Source: a virus. From it: a DNA stretch of 64,000 nucleotides. Positions 16,044 to 25,741 of the stretch are shown in pieces. Both the position numbers and the translations under genes were made by a program. Position 1 is the first letter of the stretch. Every line of letters starts with the position of its first letter. The stretch is from IMG/VR virus record IMGVR_UViG_3300044535_000472, positions 1 to 64,000 of that record. One strand, 5' to 3'. A model generated the notes under the pieces. The model searched no databases. It was not told the DNA's origin and worked only from the letters and a program-made list of their open reading frames with translations.

Positions 16044-17042
16044 ATGACAACAAAGAAAAAAAATACAAGCTGGAATAGCCAGCGGGAAGGATTTCTTGAC
16101 TCTTTGAAGTACATGAAGGGACGTCAACAAGGTCAAATCAAAAGCTTAAAGACACCCTGGGATAAGTTTAATGACGCAACAACAAGTGGTTTAGAGTGGA
16201 ACTCAATGACGGTTATAGGTGGAAGACCGGCAAGTGGGAAAACTCTTATTAAAGATCAAATAGTACGTGAAGCTTTTGTCTTGAATAAAGGCGAAAACTT
16301 TAGAGTACTGGAATTTCAGTTTGAGATGATAGCACGTACTTCGGCTATCCGTGAATACTCCAGCGTACTTGGTAAACCCTATAAGTACTTATGCAGTGCA
16401 TCAGGGACAATTACCGATGATGATCTTCAAAAGTGTTATGATTACGCAAAAGAAAGAGTACAATACCCTATAGATATCGTAGAGGATCCTTGTACAGTTA
16501 ATGAATTCAAAGAAATCATTAAGGACTACATGGAATACTATGCTGAATCTGATGAAGATGGGGAAAAGGTATTTACAAAAACAATTGTAACGCTAGACCA
16601 CTCGCTCTTACTCAAGAAGGCACCCTTTGAGAAAGACAAATATGACACGTTGTATAATTTAGGTGAGGCGCTAACGGAACTTAAACGTAAGTATCCAATA
16701 GCGTTTATTATCTTAAGTCAGCTTAATAGGAATATTGATAATCCTGAGCGTAGTGAAGATGGCAAGTATGGTAATTACATACTAGAGTCTGACCTATTTG
16801 GAGCTGACGCTTTATTACAGCATGCCGACACATTAGTAGGAATCAACAGGCCTGGGAAACAAAAGATACGCTTATATGGTCCCGATAGATTTATTATCGA
16901 AGATGATAAGATTCTTGTAATGCATTTTATCAAGTGCCGTAATGGCGATGCTAGAATGAGTTTCTTTAAAGCCGAGTTTGAAAAAATGAAGATAGTTGAA
17001 ATTTCTACTCCGCCACAACAAGAAAGAAAAATTAAATTCTAA
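16044..17042 (+). CDS. dnaB: DnaB-like replicative helicase (C-terminal ATPase domain)
   Basis: GGRPASGKT, FQFEM, LSQLNR, ESDLFGADALLQHAD, KCRNG. Confidence 0.92.
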   Translation: MTTKKKNTSWNSQREGFLDSLKYMKGRQQGQIKSLKTPWDKFNDATTSGLEWNSMTVIGGRPASGKTLIKDQIVREAFVLNKGENFRVLEFQFEMIARTSAIREYSSVLGKPYKYLCSASGTITDDDLQKCYDYAKERVQYPIDIVEDPCTVNEFKEIIKDYMEYYAESDEDGEKVFTKTIVTLDHSLLLKKAPFEKDKYDTLYNLGEALTELKRKYPIAFIILSQLNRNIDNPERSEDGKYGNYILESDLFGADALLQHADTLVGINRPGKQKIRLYGPDRFIIEDDKILVMHFIKCRNGDARMSFFKAEFEKMKIVEISTPPQQERKIKF

Positions 17043-17047
17043 GTAAC

Positions 17048-17608
17048 ATGTCAATAAGTACAACACCAAAAGCAGACAATGTAAAGGATAAGCTTCAAGA
17101 CCTTAGACAGTATCATCAACCAACTTTTGATGCGCTAGGTATTCCAGATGCACTTTACATCCCTAAGTTAATTTATCGCCCACAAGGTAAAGATGAAATG
17201 CATTTCAGCATGTTTGTCGGCGAGCTTCGTAAAGAGCAAGATGTTTATACCGAAGCTGTAAGCCAAGCAAAAGATCCTGAAGATATTAATCGCACCTTGT
17301 ATGTTTGGCGTTATAATCCACACTGGTTAGAAGAATATGATACTACCGAGCCTATGGCTAATGGTCAAGTAAGATATCTTATTCCAGCTGCTGAATTAGT
17401 TAAAGTTAACGTTCCTGGTAAAGAAGACAAAAAAGCTATTTCTACTAAAGGTAAATCTCCTGCAGCTCCATTAACTATGGACTTTGATGAGATTTTAGAT
17501 CCTAATAGCGACGCACCATTTGACCAATTAACAATTCGTGATTTGGCTGCATTACTATTAAAGAAGCCTGTAAGTAACAAGAAATGGTTGAATGATTTAT
17601 TAAAATAA
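17048..17608 (+). CDS. hypothetical protein in the replication block
   Basis: ORF track, 186 aa. Confidence 0.75.
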   Translation: MSISTTPKADNVKDKLQDLRQYHQPTFDALGIPDALYIPKLIYRPQGKDEMHFSMFVGELRKEQDVYTEAVSQAKDPEDINRTLYVWRYNPHWLEEYDTTEPMANGQVRYLIPAAELVKVNVPGKEDKKAISTKGKSPAAPLTMDFDEILDPNSDAPFDQLTIRDLAALLLKKPVSNKKWLNDLLK

Positions 17609-17609
17609 C

Positions 17610-18353
17610 ATGGAAATTAAATTACCGTTAGAAAAAGTTAAGGCTGTATCTCAAAGCCCAAGTAACTTGATTATCTTTTCAAAGCCTAAGACTGGTAAAA
17701 CAACCTTGTTTGCCAACTTAGAGAATTGCCTTATTCTGGATTTAGAAAATGGTGCCGATTATATTGACGCTATTAAGATTAAAGCAACTTCAGTTGAAGA
17801 AATCAAGCATATTGGTAAAGCTATTAAAGATGCTGGTAACCCATATCAATACGTTGCTGTAGATACTATTACAGCATTAGAGGAGATGTGTGTTCCTTAT
17901 GCCGAAGAACTTTATTCTAGAACACCTATGGGTAAAAACTGGTTCACATCAGGTAAGGCACAATATGGTACTATTCTTAGTTTACCAAACGGTGCTGGTT
18001 ATCCATATCTTAGAGAAGCTTTTACAAAGGTTGTTGATTATATCAAGACCTGGGCTCCTAGAACAATATTGGTAGGACACGTAAAAGACACCCTTCTTGA
18101 GAAAAACGGTTCCGAGTTTAACTCTTTAGACTTGGATTTAACCGGTAAACTAAAGAGAATATCTTGTTCTAATTCTGATGCTATAGGTTATCTATACCGA
18201 AAAGGCAAAACTAACATCTTAAGTTTTAAAACTTCTGATGAAATTGCCTGCGGTGCAAGACCTGAACACTTGAGAAATCAAGAGTTTGTAGTATCTGAAT
18301 TAACAGATGAAAACGTAATTAACGTAGATTGGAGTAAAATTTATATCGATTAA
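17610..18353 (+). CDS. AAA_24/Sak4-like P-loop ATPase (recombination)
   Basis: FSKPKTGKTT, LILDLE, VAVDTITALE, LVGHVK. Confidence 0.85.
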   Translation: MEIKLPLEKVKAVSQSPSNLIIFSKPKTGKTTLFANLENCLILDLENGADYIDAIKIKATSVEEIKHIGKAIKDAGNPYQYVAVDTITALEEMCVPYAEELYSRTPMGKNWFTSGKAQYGTILSLPNGAGYPYLREAFTKVVDYIKTWAPRTILVGHVKDTLLEKNGSEFNSLDLDLTGKLKRISCSNSDAIGYLYRKGKTNILSFKTSDEIACGARPEHLRNQEFVVSELTDENVINVDWSKIYID

Positions 18354-18364
18354 CCCTAAGTAAA

Positions 18365-19057
18365 ATGATAAGTACAAAAGATGTAGTAAGTACAACTGGT
18401 GGATCCAGTGTACCTAAAGTAATTCAACCAGGTAATGAAACATGTACAGTGTTGAACATTAAGCTAGAACCAGCTCGCTTTAAAGAAGGTGGTTATGATA
18501 TTATCCTTAACGTTGAAGGTCCAGCAATGGGCGATGACTTTGAAGGCTTTTGGATTAACAAAGACAACCAATCTTTGGGACGCCATTTAGGTCAAGTAGG
18601 TCGCATTCGTGCAAGTGAGTATCCTTATGCTGATGGTACTACTAAAAGTGGTATTGAGGTAAGTCGTGATAAAGAGCTTCTACGTTTCTTGCAATCTTTT
18701 TGTAAGGAAACTAAATCTCTTGAATGGTTTGTGCAGCAAGATAACAAGCATGAAACCATTGAATCTTTATTTGAGGCTTTCAACAATGATAAGCCATTCG
18801 CAGGTAAAGAAATTCGCATGTGTGTTGCGGGTAAAGAGTATGTGAATAAAGAAGGTTATACTAACTATGATTTATTCTTGCCTAAGTATTCTCGTGGTCA
18901 AGTACCATTTGAGTCTGCTAGCATTGAAGAAAATTCTAGTAAAATTGTAACTTTTGATGAGCAAATCCACGTTAAGAAACGTAAAGTTGAAAGCGTAAGC
19001 TCATTTGGTGATGATCAGCCTGCAGCTCCAAAAGCTACAGGTGACTTTGAACTATAA
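18365..19057 (+). CDS. putative single-stranded DNA-binding protein
   Basis: Follows the Sak4-like ATPase; acidic flexible tail ending GDFEL; function inferred. Confidence 0.5.
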   Translation: MISTKDVVSTTGGSSVPKVIQPGNETCTVLNIKLEPARFKEGGYDIILNVEGPAMGDDFEGFWINKDNQSLGRHLGQVGRIRASEYPYADGTTKSGIEVSRDKELLRFLQSFCKETKSLEWFVQQDNKHETIESLFEAFNNDKPFAGKEIRMCVAGKEYVNKEGYTNYDLFLPKYSRGQVPFESASIEENSSKIVTFDEQIHVKKRKVESVSSFGDDQPAAPKATGDFEL

Positions 19058-19072
19058 TTTTTAATTGAATAT

Positions 19073-19099
19073 GGAGGGGAGTGTAATGCTCCCCTTTTT
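19073..19099 (+). terminator. intrinsic terminator
   Basis: GGGGAG...CTCCCC followed by TTTTT. Confidence 0.75.
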
Positions 19100-19117
19100 A
19101 TTCTTAATACATTTAAC

Positions 19118-20074
19118 ATGATTAGTACAAAATTACAAGCTACAACTGCTAATAGCATTCCATCTTATTGGGTGTTTGAACATTTTTGCAAATTAGATAC
19201 TAAACTTGTTGGTCAAAATATCAAGATTAAATCTCCTTTTAATCCAGCGGAGACTAATCCTAGCTTTTGTATATATGTAAGAGGCAATAAATATTGCTTC
19301 AAAGATTTCTCTACAGATAATGGGGGCAATCATATTGAGTTTGTAAAACTTGTTTATAATTGCGATGCTATGCAGGCTGCAACAATTATGCTTGAGGAGT
19401 ACAACAAAACTATTGGATTAGATGATGAAAGGTTTATTGAACCTGAGGGTCGCTATGAGGTAACTAGCTATCAAGAAAGAAAGTGGACTAACCTAGACGC
19501 AGAATATTGGACGCAATTTAAGATTGACTCTAATACTCTTAACCATTATGATGTAAGACCTATTGAGTCTTATATTATGGAGAAAGAGAATGCTCCAGAT
19601 GTTACTATGAAAAGTGCATATTTCTATGGTTACTTTAGAAGTAGCGGCGAGTTGTATAAAATTTATCAGCCAAAAAATAAAGAGAACAAGTTTATAAAGG
19701 TTAATGGTTATATCCAGGGTACTGATCAATTAAAATTTGATAAACCTAATCTTATAATCTGCAGCTCTCTTAAAGATATTATGGCATTAAGCAAGTTTGG
19801 CTATAACGCTGAATTTGTAGCACCGGATAGCGAGAATACAATGATTCCTAGCGGGTCAATTGCAATGTATAAAGATCGTTATAAGGCAATATGTACTCTA
19901 TTTGATTATGATGAAGCCGGTATAAGATCTGCAGATAAGTATAAAAAACTATATGGGATAAACAAAGTTATTCTACCTATGTCTAAAGACTTATCCGATT
20001 CTGTACGTGATTTTGGTATTCAAAAGGTACATGAAGAATTATTTCCTTTATTAAAAGAAGCATTAAAGAAATGA
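19118..20074 (+). CDS. dnaG: DnaG-type primase (TOPRIM)
   Basis: KSPFN...PSF...FKDFST N-terminal domain; ICSSLKDIMAL, APDSE, FDYDEAG. Confidence 0.75.
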   Translation: MISTKLQATTANSIPSYWVFEHFCKLDTKLVGQNIKIKSPFNPAETNPSFCIYVRGNKYCFKDFSTDNGGNHIEFVKLVYNCDAMQAATIMLEEYNKTIGLDDERFIEPEGRYEVTSYQERKWTNLDAEYWTQFKIDSNTLNHYDVRPIESYIMEKENAPDVTMKSAYFYGYFRSSGELYKIYQPKNKENKFIKVNGYIQGTDQLKFDKPNLIICSSLKDIMALSKFGYNAEFVAPDSENTMIPSGSIAMYKDRYKAICTLFDYDEAGIRSADKYKKLYGINKVILPMSKDLSDSVRDFGIQKVHEELFPLLKEALKK

Positions 20075-20490
20075 GTTGGATATATCAGCATAAAGAATTC
20101 ACCGAGGACATGATTCCTGATGGTGCTGTAGGATTTGTATACCAGATGGATGTTATCATAGATGGTGAACGCAAGTCCTATATAGGTAAGAAGAACTTCT
20201 TTGCTGATGTAAAGACTAAGCTCAGCAAGAAGGCTATGCCTACTGATAAGCGTAAAAAAACTTACAAGCGCGTAAGAAAAACTGTATATCAAAATTACTA
20301 TAGTAGTAATGAAACACTTAAGGCAGCTCATAAAGCTGGAGCAGCTATTAGGAGAACCATCCTAAAGATATGCTACTCTAAGACAGAGCTCTCTTATCAA
20401 GAGGTTAAATACCAATTTATGTGCGAGGTGCTAGAAAAAGATTTCTGGTTAAACGCTAATATCTTAGGTAGGTTTTATAAACAAAAGTAA
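20071..20490 (+). CDS. GIY-YIG nuclease (T4 endonuclease II-like)
   Basis: GFVY...YIGKK, YYSSN, LSYQE, LNANILGRF. Confidence 0.8.
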   Translation: MSWIYQHKEFTEDMIPDGAVGFVYQMDVIIDGERKSYIGKKNFFADVKTKLSKKAMPTDKRKKTYKRVRKTVYQNYYSSNETLKAAHKAGAAIRRTILKICYSKTELSYQEVKYQFMCEVLEKDFWLNANILGRFYKQK

Positions 20491-20491
20491 C

Positions 20492-20842
20492 ATGGCAAGT
20501 ACTAAAGTAGCAGCGCTAATGTCTCGTCTAAGAGACTTAGATATTCAGCGTGTAGAAATAAGATATGATGGCTCTGGAGATTCTGGATCCATAGAAGATG
20601 TAGAATTTTATAGAGAAAAGTGGGAAACTATAGATGACGTAGCTGAAGATTTACGTGGACTATGTGAAGATTTAGGTTATCATATATTAAATAACCACTA
20701 TAACTGGGACTGGTATAATAATGATGGTGGATATGGTACCGTTATCATAACACCTGATACAGACAATATTACCATTGATGGTTATGTTAGAAGTGTTACC
20801 GAGGCAGATGAATTGGTATCTTTAGAGAACATAGAATTCTAA
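20492..20842 (+). CDS. DUF6878-like acidic protein
   Basis: IRYDGSGDSGSIE and WYNNDGGYG motifs. Confidence 0.7.
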   Translation: MASTKVAALMSRLRDLDIQRVEIRYDGSGDSGSIEDVEFYREKWETIDDVAEDLRGLCEDLGYHILNNHYNWDWYNNDGGYGTVIITPDTDNITIDGYVRSVTEADELVSLENIEF

Positions 20843-21183
20843 TGGCCCATCCATATGACCATGCCCGTAGCTCCGTTAAGAAATGGGGCGGGGAGATTGG
20901 AGATTACTTACCTATTCATGAGTGGTTTGATGAAACTAAAGGGTGGCTAGGAGATAGTCGCCACAGATTATTCAGACATCATAGTGAAGGTATCTTCCAA
21001 TGTGAAGAAATATTTGGCATCTATATTACTAACTCAGCCGGTAAAAAGGTTATGGTAAGGTATATAGGTGAGCAACATGTAAAAGAAGATTGCAATGGTT
21101 ATATACCAAGTGCAAAGGAGTGGATTACTAATCTAGACAAGCCACCTATGTGGATGTTAAAAACCCAAAAGATAAATGACTGA
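20842..21183 (+). CDS. DUF6915-like His-rich protein
   Basis: AHPYDHARSSVKKWGG, IHEWFDETK, RHRLFRHHSEG, EQHVKEDC. Confidence 0.75.
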   Translation: MAHPYDHARSSVKKWGGEIGDYLPIHEWFDETKGWLGDSRHRLFRHHSEGIFQCEEIFGIYITNSAGKKVMVRYIGEQHVKEDCNGYIPSAKEWITNLDKPPMWMLKTQKIND

Positions 21184-21592
21184 AGTACATAAACTTACAG
21201 AGCAGAACTATTTTAATTTGCTAGACATGATTAACTCTACAGATACAGAGAATCATACTATTGCAAAAGCTTTGATATCTAACCTAGATGTTAAAGAGAA
21301 CCTTGTATATTTAATCTTATTGTATAAAGAGTTACCTTCTGCTAATACGCGTAAGCAATTCTTTGATGAAAAAGTAATGGCGGATCTTAAGTTATACTTT
21401 GAAGTAGACTTGGGTTATACGCATGTAGATTGGGATAACATAATAAAGTATTTCTCTGCACCTAATCAGGACCCGTTACATCTAGGATTCTGCCTTAGCA
21501 GATTCTCACATGATTTAACTAGCAGATTAAATGATGCAGGGTTTGCCTTTATCAATAATTATAAAATTAACCTAGTGCCTAAACATGGATAA
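21176..21592 (+). CDS. hypothetical protein carrying the shared helical motif of the MoxR module
   Basis: LTEQNYFNLLDMINSTDTENHTIAKALISN aligns with motifs in 24611-25741 and 25698-26867. Confidence 0.75.
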   Translation: MTEVHKLTEQNYFNLLDMINSTDTENHTIAKALISNLDVKENLVYLILLYKELPSANTRKQFFDEKVMADLKLYFEVDLGYTHVDWDNIIKYFSAPNQDPLHLGFCLSRFSHDLTSRLNDAGFAFINNYKINLVPKHG

Positions 21593-22787
21593 ACATGAAA
21601 GCCTAGCCAAGACCGGTAAAGAACTAATGTTAAAGGAGCCCTTCTACGGGCTCTTTCTCATTGGTCTAAACAAGGTATGGCAGAAGAGAGTTCCTACTGC
21701 AGGTGTGAGTAAGAACAATATTAATTATCAGCTAACGATAAATGAAGATTTCTGGAATAGCCTTAGCTCTGACCACAAGCTTGGTCTACTAAAGCATGAG
21801 CTATTGCACATTGCATTCTTCCATTTAACTATGCATGATAACTTTGCAGATAAGCGCCTAGCTAACATAGCTATGGACTTGGAGATTAATCAGTACATAG
21901 ATCCACAGTATCTTCCTGAAGGTGGATGTACTATAGATAGTGATGCATTTAAACAATATAACTTACCTGTTAAGGCCGGTTGTAGAGAGTATTATGATAT
22001 CCTATCTAAAGAAAGAGATAAGCAAGAACAGCAAGGTGGTGGTAAAAGCAAACTTCAAAAGATTCTAGAGGCTATGGCTAAAGGAGATAGTCACGATGAA
22101 GATGGTGACCCAGTTCCTGATCATAGTACATGGCAAGACTTTGAAGACATGCCTGAAGCTGAAAAGAAGCTTATGGAAAAGCAATTGGAGCATATACTTA
22201 AGGAAGTAGCACAACAAGTTAAAGGTCGTGGTACTGTACCTGGAGAGATGCAAGGATTGCTTGATAAGATTAATACTAAAGAGCCGCCGAAGTTTGACTG
22301 GCGTGGTTATCTTAGAAGATTTGCTGGGGGTTCCCAGAAAGTGTATACTAAAAAGCTTAGAAGAAAACATAATAAGCGTTTTGAAGAGATGGCAGGTTTA
22401 AAGATTAAACCAAGAAAACATATTCTTGTTGCCATAGATACTAGTGGTTCAGTATCAGATGATGAGCTCCGTGAGTTCTTCCATGAGATTGACCATATTA
22501 ATAAGACTGGTGCTGAAATTACTGTTGTACAATGTGACACACAGATTAACAGCGTTAAGAAGTATAGTGCCGGTGATACTGTAGAAATTTTTGGTAGAGG
22601 TGGGACCGAGTTTGATCCCGTAATTGAGTATTATAACCAACATGTTAGAAGCTATAGTTGTATGGTATATCTAACTGACGGTGAATGCTATTGTAATGTA
22701 AAGCCAAGAGGCAAAATGTTGTGGGTAATTTCTTCTAGATCAGAGATGAATGAAGGATTACCAGGACCAAAGATCAAGTTAAATTAA
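21585..22787 (+). CDS. DUF2201-type metallopeptidase-VWA fusion
   Basis: LKHELLHI (HExxH), NIAMDLEINQ; VWA AIDTSGS, GRGGTEF, YLTDG. Confidence 0.88.
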   Translation: MDKHESLAKTGKELMLKEPFYGLFLIGLNKVWQKRVPTAGVSKNNINYQLTINEDFWNSLSSDHKLGLLKHELLHIAFFHLTMHDNFADKRLANIAMDLEINQYIDPQYLPEGGCTIDSDAFKQYNLPVKAGCREYYDILSKERDKQEQQGGGKSKLQKILEAMAKGDSHDEDGDPVPDHSTWQDFEDMPEAEKKLMEKQLEHILKEVAQQVKGRGTVPGEMQGLLDKINTKEPPKFDWRGYLRRFAGGSQKVYTKKLRRKHNKRFEEMAGLKIKPRKHILVAIDTSGSVSDDELREFFHEIDHINKTGAEITVVQCDTQINSVKKYSAGDTVEIFGRGGTEFDPVIEYYNQHVRSYSCMVYLTDGECYCNVKPRGKMLWVISSRSEMNEGLPGPKIKLN

Positions 22788-22800
22788 TAAGTAAAAGAAA

Positions 22801-23997
22801 ATGAGCAATCAAGTAAATCTTAACACAGACGAGTTAAAAACATTTGTAAATCACATTGTAAATAATAACCGCTATCTTCAAGAGAACGGTAAAATCCCTG
22901 TAGCAATTGCTGTAGAGGGTGAGGCCGGTATCGGTAAGACAAGTACTATATTGGAGATAGGTCAAGACCTAGGTCTTAATGTAGTTAAGATTAATCTTTC
23001 TCAGATCGAGGAGATTGGTGACTTGACTGGTTTTCCAGTTAAGGAATTTGAAGTAGTTAAAACTACAGATGATGGCGCTAAGGTATCTAAGTGGGTACCT
23101 GAGAATGTAATGCCAATGTATATTCAAAATAAGTATGTACCTAGTGGAGAGAAGCGCATGACGCATGCTACTCCAGAGTGGATTCAAGGTAAAGAAGAAG
23201 GTGGTATCTTAATTCTCGATGACTATACCCGCGCAGATAGCAGATTCTTGCAGGCGTGTATGGAGTTGATTGACCGCCAAACTTATATCTCTTGGAAACT
23301 ACCAAAGGACTGGCACATCATCTTGACTACTAACCCAGATAATGGTGACTATAATGTTACTAGTATTGACGTTGCTCAGAAGACTCGCTTCATCACTACT
23401 TATCTTAAGTTTGATGCAGAGTGCTGGGCTCGTTGGGCAGAGCAAAATGACATTGACTCTCGTTGTATTAACTTCTTGTTGATGCACCCTGAGACGGTAA
23501 CACAAAAGACTAATGCTCGTAGTATTACCACTTTCTTTAACTCTATCTCTAGTGTAGAGAACTTTGAGGAAAGCTTACCGCTAATTCAAATGATTGGTGA
23601 GGGTAGTGTAGGTGGCGAGTTCGCTACTCTATTTACTACATTCATCCATAACAAGTTGGACAAGATGGTATCTCCTAAAGACATGTTGACTAACACAAGT
23701 TGGGAATATGTTAAAGGACAAATGGGTAGTGCTATGGGTAAAGTAGCAGATGACGGGTACCGTGCAGACATTGCTAGTGTACTTGCTCACCGTCTAATTA
23801 ACTTTACTGTAGTTTATTCTGAAAAGAATACTGTAGATCAAAAGATCTTGGATCGCATCACTAACTTTATTACTGACAAGGACATCTTTAACAATGACCT
23901 TAAGTATGCAATCATTAAAGGTATTGTAAATGGTAATAAGGCGAAATTTACACGTCTAATGATGAACAGCGAGATAGCAAAGATTGCGGTTAAGTAA
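22801..23997 (+). CDS. MoxR-like AAA+ ATPase
   Basis: GEAGIGKT Walker A, GDLTGFP, LILDDYTRA, ILTTNP, AQKTRF. Confidence 0.88.
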   Translation: MSNQVNLNTDELKTFVNHIVNNNRYLQENGKIPVAIAVEGEAGIGKTSTILEIGQDLGLNVVKINLSQIEEIGDLTGFPVKEFEVVKTTDDGAKVSKWVPENVMPMYIQNKYVPSGEKRMTHATPEWIQGKEEGGILILDDYTRADSRFLQACMELIDRQTYISWKLPKDWHIILTTNPDNGDYNVTSIDVAQKTRFITTYLKFDAECWARWAEQNDIDSRCINFLLMHPETVTQKTNARSITTFFNSISSVENFEESLPLIQMIGEGSVGGEFATLFTTFIHNKLDKMVSPKDMLTNTSWEYVKGQMGSAMGKVADDGYRADIASVLAHRLINFTVVYSEKNTVDQKILDRITNFITDKDIFNNDLKYAIIKGIVNGNKAKFTRLMMNSEIAKIAVK

Positions 23998-24016
23998 AAA
24001 AGTTAAGTATTTATTT

Positions 24017-24059
24017 TGATGGTAACAAGTTTAATCGTATATTATTCTTGTTACCATTA
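24017..24059. repeat. inverted repeat around a promoter-like core
   Basis: ATGGTAACAAG(24019-29)/CTTGTTACCAT(24047-57), 17-nt spacer containing CGTATATTAT. Confidence 0.7.
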
Positions 24060-24068
24060 ATAATACTT

Positions 24069-24608
24069 ATGAAAACATGTTCTAAATGTAAAATGACCAA
24101 ACCTTATTCTGAGTTTCAAAAGAATAAGAGGATGAAAGATGGGTTTTGTTCACCTTGTAAAGCTTGTGAGAGCATGCGAAATAAAGCAAGATATGATCCT
24201 GAAGTTAATTCTGAAAAGTATAATAAGAATAAAGAAAAATACTTAGCTCAGCAAAAGGTTTACTATGCTAATAACATAGATAAGATAAGGGAGATATCTA
24301 AGATGTATTACCAATCTAATAAATCTAAATGGCTGGAAATGGGTTGGAAACAAAAGGGTATCTTAAACAAAGAAGGTTTACCTTTTACTCTTTCTGATTT
24401 TGAAGAATTAGCTGGTACTGCTGAGTACAAATGCCAAATATGTGGCTCTGATGGTAGTTCCCATAAAAAAGGATTATGTGTTGATCATAACCATGATACG
24501 GGAATAGCTAGAGGACTTTTATGTGGTCATTGTAACTCAGGCATAGGTCATTTTCATGATGACACTAATAAATTAAAAAACGCTATAGCGTACTTAAAAA
24601 ATAAATAA
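24069..24608 (+). CDS. Endonuclease VII-family (HNH) free-standing homing endonuclease
   Basis: KTCSKC..CSPCKAC N-terminal zinc module; CQIC...LCVDHNHDTGIARGLLCGHCNSGIG. Confidence 0.88.
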   Translation: MKTCSKCKMTKPYSEFQKNKRMKDGFCSPCKACESMRNKARYDPEVNSEKYNKNKEKYLAQQKVYYANNIDKIREISKMYYQSNKSKWLEMGWKQKGILNKEGLPFTLSDFEELAGTAEYKCQICGSDGSSHKKGLCVDHNHDTGIARGLLCGHCNSGIGHFHDDTNKLKNAIAYLKNK

Positions 24609-24610
24609 TA

Positions 24611-25741
24611 ATGAGAGGTAACCTTCTTAACAATAATGTTACTCCTGAGATGCTTGCACAACTCCCCTTCATTGAGGGGGAGTTGCAAGTTGTCATGGCT
24701 AGGGGTAAGAAGGTAGGGAATATATACAAGCTATATAACCTTACTAAAGAAAATATGGAGAAAGCTAAAAAGCTTTTGGCCGGGGATCTAATGCCTACTC
24801 TACCAAAAAAGAGCAGGGTTTATGTATTACCCAATTGTATATATACTCAAGTGCAAATTAGAGAGTTGTGTAAGTTTCATGGGTTTACGATTACTCATGA
24901 TATATCTAGGGCAGACTTATTTGTGGGTAATAAAAATACCATTCTTGCTGGCATGGATAAACATGAGTTTCCTGATGCACTCGGTAGTCTAGAGACTAGA
25001 CTGCATAAGTATGAAATGAAAGATGACTTTGCTAAAGCAGCATTCACTACAAGGTATCCAGATTTTTTAGAACCTGTTACTGATACCAATGCAGATGTGT
25101 ATTTTAGCCGTCAGTATTATAATAATATAGACGCTTGGTCTACTTTATACGGTACTGATGATTACTATACGCTGATTAGTGGAGAAGCTGTAGAAGTTTT
25201 ACATAGAATACTTTCCGGTAAAGTCCCTGTTGTAAATGAGGATAACATCTTTAATTCTATTGAGCGTCTAGTTATAGATGACGAAATGTATAATACCCTA
25301 AGCATGATGTTTGATGCATCAATGGATGATAAGAAGATTGCTTGTGAGTTACTTTTTAATGCTGACTATGATAAGTCTTACTATAACATTTATAAGTTAA
25401 TTAAGAATTATTACTATACTATAGACAGCTACATGACTCGAAATAATAGAGAGATAATTTCTAGAACTTTTCCAATGAGAGAGATATATAACTCAGACTT
25501 TAAAAGAGATTTGGATAGGATCTATACAGCGGGGTATCTTACCGAAGAAATATACTTTAATATTTTATATCACCAAGCAACTCAGGATACCAAGAACATA
25601 CATGATTCTCTAGGTAGACTCCAAGATTTCTTTGCCGTAGATCTGTTTGTGAAAAAGAGTTATGAAGAATACATAGAATCTAAAAAACCAAAAGTAAATG
25701 AAGAAAATGCAAAAAGTGTTGTATCTGGAACACCAGTCTAA
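24611..25741 (+). CDS. hypothetical protein with a BRCT-like domain and the shared helical motif (paralog A)
   Basis: VYVLPNCIYTQVQIRELCKFHGFTITHDISRADLFVG; IDDEMYNTLSMMF...KIACELLFNADY. Confidence 0.7.
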   Translation: MRGNLLNNNVTPEMLAQLPFIEGELQVVMARGKKVGNIYKLYNLTKENMEKAKKLLAGDLMPTLPKKSRVYVLPNCIYTQVQIRELCKFHGFTITHDISRADLFVGNKNTILAGMDKHEFPDALGSLETRLHKYEMKDDFAKAAFTTRYPDFLEPVTDTNADVYFSRQYYNNIDAWSTLYGTDDYYTLISGEAVEVLHRILSGKVPVVNEDNIFNSIERLVIDDEMYNTLSMMFDASMDDKKIACELLFNADYDKSYYNIYKLIKNYYYTIDSYMTRNNREIISRTFPMREIYNSDFKRDLDRIYTAGYLTEEIYFNILYHQATQDTKNIHDSLGRLQDFFAVDLFVKKSYEEYIESKKPKVNEENAKSVVSGTPV

